A DNA stretch of 53,175 nucleotides. Source: Sarea resinae (lineage: Eukaryota). Location of the stretch: NCBI GenBank assembly GCA_026026165.1, contig JAPEUD010000107.1, positions 1-53,175 of the forward strand, written 5' to 3'. Shown here one piece after another: positions 49,566 to 53,175 of the stretch; position 1 is the first letter of the stretch; the number at the start of each line of letters is the position of its first letter. The position numbers and the translations under genes are program-made. The notes under the pieces were generated by a model. The model was given only the letters and a program-made list of their open reading frames with translations, made no database searches and was not told the DNA's origin.

Positions 49566-51973
49566 ATGGGGATGCCACGCGTGAGTTGCCACGGCTAGAT
49601 CGGGGCGCCATTGTGGATATCTGGCTGACACTGATTAATGAAGATGATCATCCTTGTCCGCCACGCCCAGTCAGAAGGAAACAGTATGTCCTCCGTCTCG
49701 ACTTTCCACAATGTCTAGCATGAGACTCGCAAAGCTACTCAGCTCTGTCCAATATTGTTCATGTTCCAATCAAGATATACATACTTACGTTTGAGGCAGA
49801 GAACCGAGACATACATCAGAGCGTTCCGGATCACCGAGTGAAGCTCACACAGGAAGGATGGAAACAAGTATAACGTCACGGCTATCTTTTCTGCAAGCAC
49901 TGCTAAAATAAAACTTAGGCCGAGCAAGCCGGGAGGAACCTCCGCTCAATGCTCAAACCGGACGACAAAGTTCATTTCTTCACAAGCCCCTACCGCCGAA
50001 CGCGAGAGACCACCGAGGGAATGCTACGCTCCCTCACTTCGGACGAATCGTCTCCACTATCTCGCGACAGCATACGAGTCTACGAGGAGCCCCGTCTACG
50101 CGAGCAGGATTTCGGAAACTTCCAGCCTTGCTCAGCAGAGATGGAGCGCATGTGGCAAGAGCGCGCCGACTACGGGCATTTCTTCTATCGTATCCCCAAC
50201 GGGGAGTCGGCGGCTGATGCGTATGATCGTGTCAGTGGGTTTAATGAGAGTCTATGGAGACAATTTGGGGATGAAGATTGCGCCGATGTCTGTGTGCTCG
50301 TCACGCATGGATTGATGACAAGAGTTTTCTTGATGAAATGGTGAGCCCTCGTCGTCCCTTGTTAGAAAATACCTCTCATGATCATCAGGTTCCACTGGAG
50401 CGTCGAGCGCTTCGAAGATCTACGAAACATAAATCACTGCGAATTTGTCGTCATGCTTCAAAATGATGCCGGAAAATACATTCTACAGAATGAGCTGCGC
50501 ACCTGGTCAGATCTTCGAAAACAGCGGGCGGCTGTCGAGGGGAAGCCCGTTAGCAGTACTGTCTTGACTGCACCGGCACCTCGAAGGAGATGGGGTGGTT
50601 GCCCGGACGGGTGTCAGCACGGCAAAGTCAAGTTGCCCGAGAGCAAACTACGAGCTTTGAAGGCCAGTAGTAATGCCGTAAAAAGCGCCGGAATCAAAAG
50701 TCCGGTGAAAGATCGAAAGGGATTTCTACCGTTGGTCGCAGATGCCGCTGAGGCCACTGCACCAGCGACAGCAACACAATCGAATCCAGAATTTTCATCT
50801 GCTAGCGCAAGTCTTCTCAAAGCAACCGAATCGCTCATTGCTACCGCCGCAGTCTCCAAATCATCTCGCCCCGGAGATTCTGCTTCGGTGCAGACATCTT
50901 CTTCTCTCGCGGCGGCGACAGCACGCCTCCTGACAGCGGCAGAGTCTCTCATCACAGCTGCTGCTGCTCCAACATCTTCCACACTGCGTCAATTACCGCA
51001 AAACACCCACATCGTCCCGTCCGAAATGTCCGACGAGATAGGAGCCCATCTTGCCTCTCTTGCTTCTCCCTCGGCAGCCCAGCTCCCACGCGACCCTCCG
51101 GCAAGCGACATCTCTCTTCAGCACGCAGTGCACTCCATGATCGGCCCTAAATCCGACATCCCTCGTCCCCCGAACCCGACCCCCCTGGGTCATCCATTTG
51201 GGCATGACCACGATGACGACCACGACCAGGAAGCATCCACTCTTTCCATGCTCCGCCACGCTGGTCGCGACTTTGGCGGTTCGGCATCTGGCACGCCCTC
51301 GCGACCTGTATCGCCCCTTCTAGAGCGCGAGCACTCTCATCCCCATTCACATTCTCATGGCCACTCTCACGCTCGCAGCCACTCTCACGACCACGGAGCC
51401 CGTCGCGTGGTTGTCCAAGCTGTTGGCAAACACGCCCGTAGCAGCGCCCACTCCCCACACTCGGCCTCTGCACCAGGGACCGAATCCGAGCCAGAAGCCG
51501 AATCGGGATCTTCGACTGAGACGGAAACCGAGACGGAGGCGGAGCTAGAGAGGAGACCCGTACACGCCCGCGCGAGAGCGAACGTACTCGGCGATCAAGG
51601 AGATGGGGAAGGCAACGTCGGCGATGACGGCAAAGGCGGAGGCGAAGCCGAGGGCGACGAAAGCGGAGATGGAGATGCAGAGGGCAAATTCACTTCCGCT
51701 AACGCTGGCCCAGCAAGCACGGGGCCGAGCACCGAGAACTCGGACTGCGAGGCTGATGTTTATCTCCCGCACCATCGTCATCACCATCGGCAGCAGCATC
51801 GTCATGACGACCACGACGATCACGACCATCATTTCGAACTCGAGCATAAAGACCGCGACGGCCACGACCACGACCAAGCATCAGACGATGCACACACGAC
51901 CTCGCTCTCGCTCCTTGAGGAACTCGAGAAAAGAGATCGCCAGAAGGGGCTCAAAGGCACCAGCGCTTATTGA
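49566..51973 (+). CDS. DET1: Histidine phosphatase / phosphoglycerate mutase family (Det1-like) with long disordered His-rich tail
   Basis: Spliced MGMPR-MIILVRHAQSEGN (RHx motif), VPDHRVKLT, SPYRRTRET, EEPRLREQDFGNFQ, FFYRIPNGES, LVTHGL. Confidence 0.85.
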
Positions 51974-52429
51974 TAGGTCTCTGCCTCTTTGTCTACCGGG
52001 CTCCCTCCCCTCCTCCCAACCTTTTTCTTTTAATTTTGGCTCTGGCTGGTGTGGGGCATAGAGGGCGCTTGTTTGTTTTGCGTCGTTGCTCCAGAGCGAA
52101 AGCTAGACGAGAGATGAGTGCATGGAACGAGTCCGAGGCTAGGTACGGGTGCCATGGGCGTGATAGGAATGGGTTGTCGTGGGCATCGCATGGGTTGATT
52201 TAGTTGGGTCGGGTTGGGTTGGCTTTGTCTGCCTGAGAAATTGTACATTTATATCCATGCTATATACCCTCTCCTCTTGTACATAAGTATATAAATATAT
52301 ATCCCCTGCTCTCTCTCTCTTCCTCTGTCCCCCTTTTTCTCTCTCTGTGTTGCTCTTCTTCCTCTTCTGCTCTAGAGCAGAAACCTATCCGGGTCTGTAC
52401 TTTACCTCTGACCTACCTACCTATCTCTA

Positions 52430-52506
52430 AAAAAGAGAGAGAGAGATATATATAGAGAGAGAGAGAAAGACAGAGAGACGGAGAGAGAGAGAGAGAGAGA
52501 GAGATA
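52430..52506 (+). repeat. GA/TA-rich microsatellite in low-complexity intergenic DNA
   Basis: Direct reading; (AAGGTCA) x3 also at ~52873-52893. Confidence 0.85.
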
Positions 52507-53175
52507 GGAAAGTGATCTAACAAGCCCTATAGACAGAAACAAAGACAAGCTAGTAGATAGATAAGAGCAAGATAAATAAGTGAATAAACAAATATAAATG
52601 CTAGCTGTCTGTCTATGCGTATGTTTGTGTCCTGAGCAGTAGTTTTCTCTCTCTCTCTCTCTCTCTTCTTTTTTTCTTTAGTAGATCTTTAACATTGAAG
52701 TATGTATGATACGGTGGCCTGTGGTACCAGTTCTAGAAGAGATATTTCTCCAGCGGTAGGCCTTGTAGGTAGGTAGGTCGGTAGACAGACAGGTAGTAGG
52801 GTCGCTCTAATCGCCATCTTTTTCTTACCTATATAGGTACTTTGTTCTAGAATACCCAGGTACCTAGGCAGTAAGGTCAAAGGTCAAAGGTCAAAGGTAG
52901 GTAGGTGGCTAGACATTGAGTAGACTACTAACAGCGTAGAGCGGGATAGAGTATAGGATGGAAAAAATGGCAACATGAGATGCGCAATCGTACACTAGCC
53001 CTTGCACGCACGTCATGCACGCACGCACGCACGCACGTACATAGTTCTACATTTACTGCAACTCGTCCAGCTAGCCATCCTCGTACCCATGCATGCATAT
53101 GCATATATCCATCTATCCATCTATCAACCAGCAATACAGCAAGGACAACAAGTTCTCCACTACTCGTCACCGCCG

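Overview
Filamentous ascomycete (Pezizomycotina-type) nuclear DNA with spliceosomal introns, in three zones. (1) 1-15117 is a RIP-mutated nest of three transposon relics. A weakly RIPed element (1-3450) carries a DUF3505/OrsD-like gene whose C-terminal part shows a tyrosine-recombinase-like R-K-xxxRH-GH-Y motif series. A heavily RIPed multi-gene hAT element (~3451-10492) has a 21-bp bipartite motif repeated in its apparent introns and a symmetric inverted-repeat/palindrome core. A Ty3/Gypsy gag+LTR remnant spans 10493-15117. (2) 15.5-34.8 kb is accessory-like: O-methyltransferase, a plant-AMT2/MEP-alpha-type ammonium transporter, SDR and APH-kinase pseudogenes, an orphan membrane protein, FAD monooxygenase, BOR1-type anion transporter, G1 glutamic peptidase and LaeA-like methyltransferase. 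(3) 35.7-52 kb is housekeeping: COG8, UBE2O-like E2, pyruvate decarboxylase, EAF-domain protein, PRKRIP1 and Det1-like histidine phosphatase. All calls come from reading motifs by eye; no database searches were run, and boundaries in RIPed DNA are approximate.
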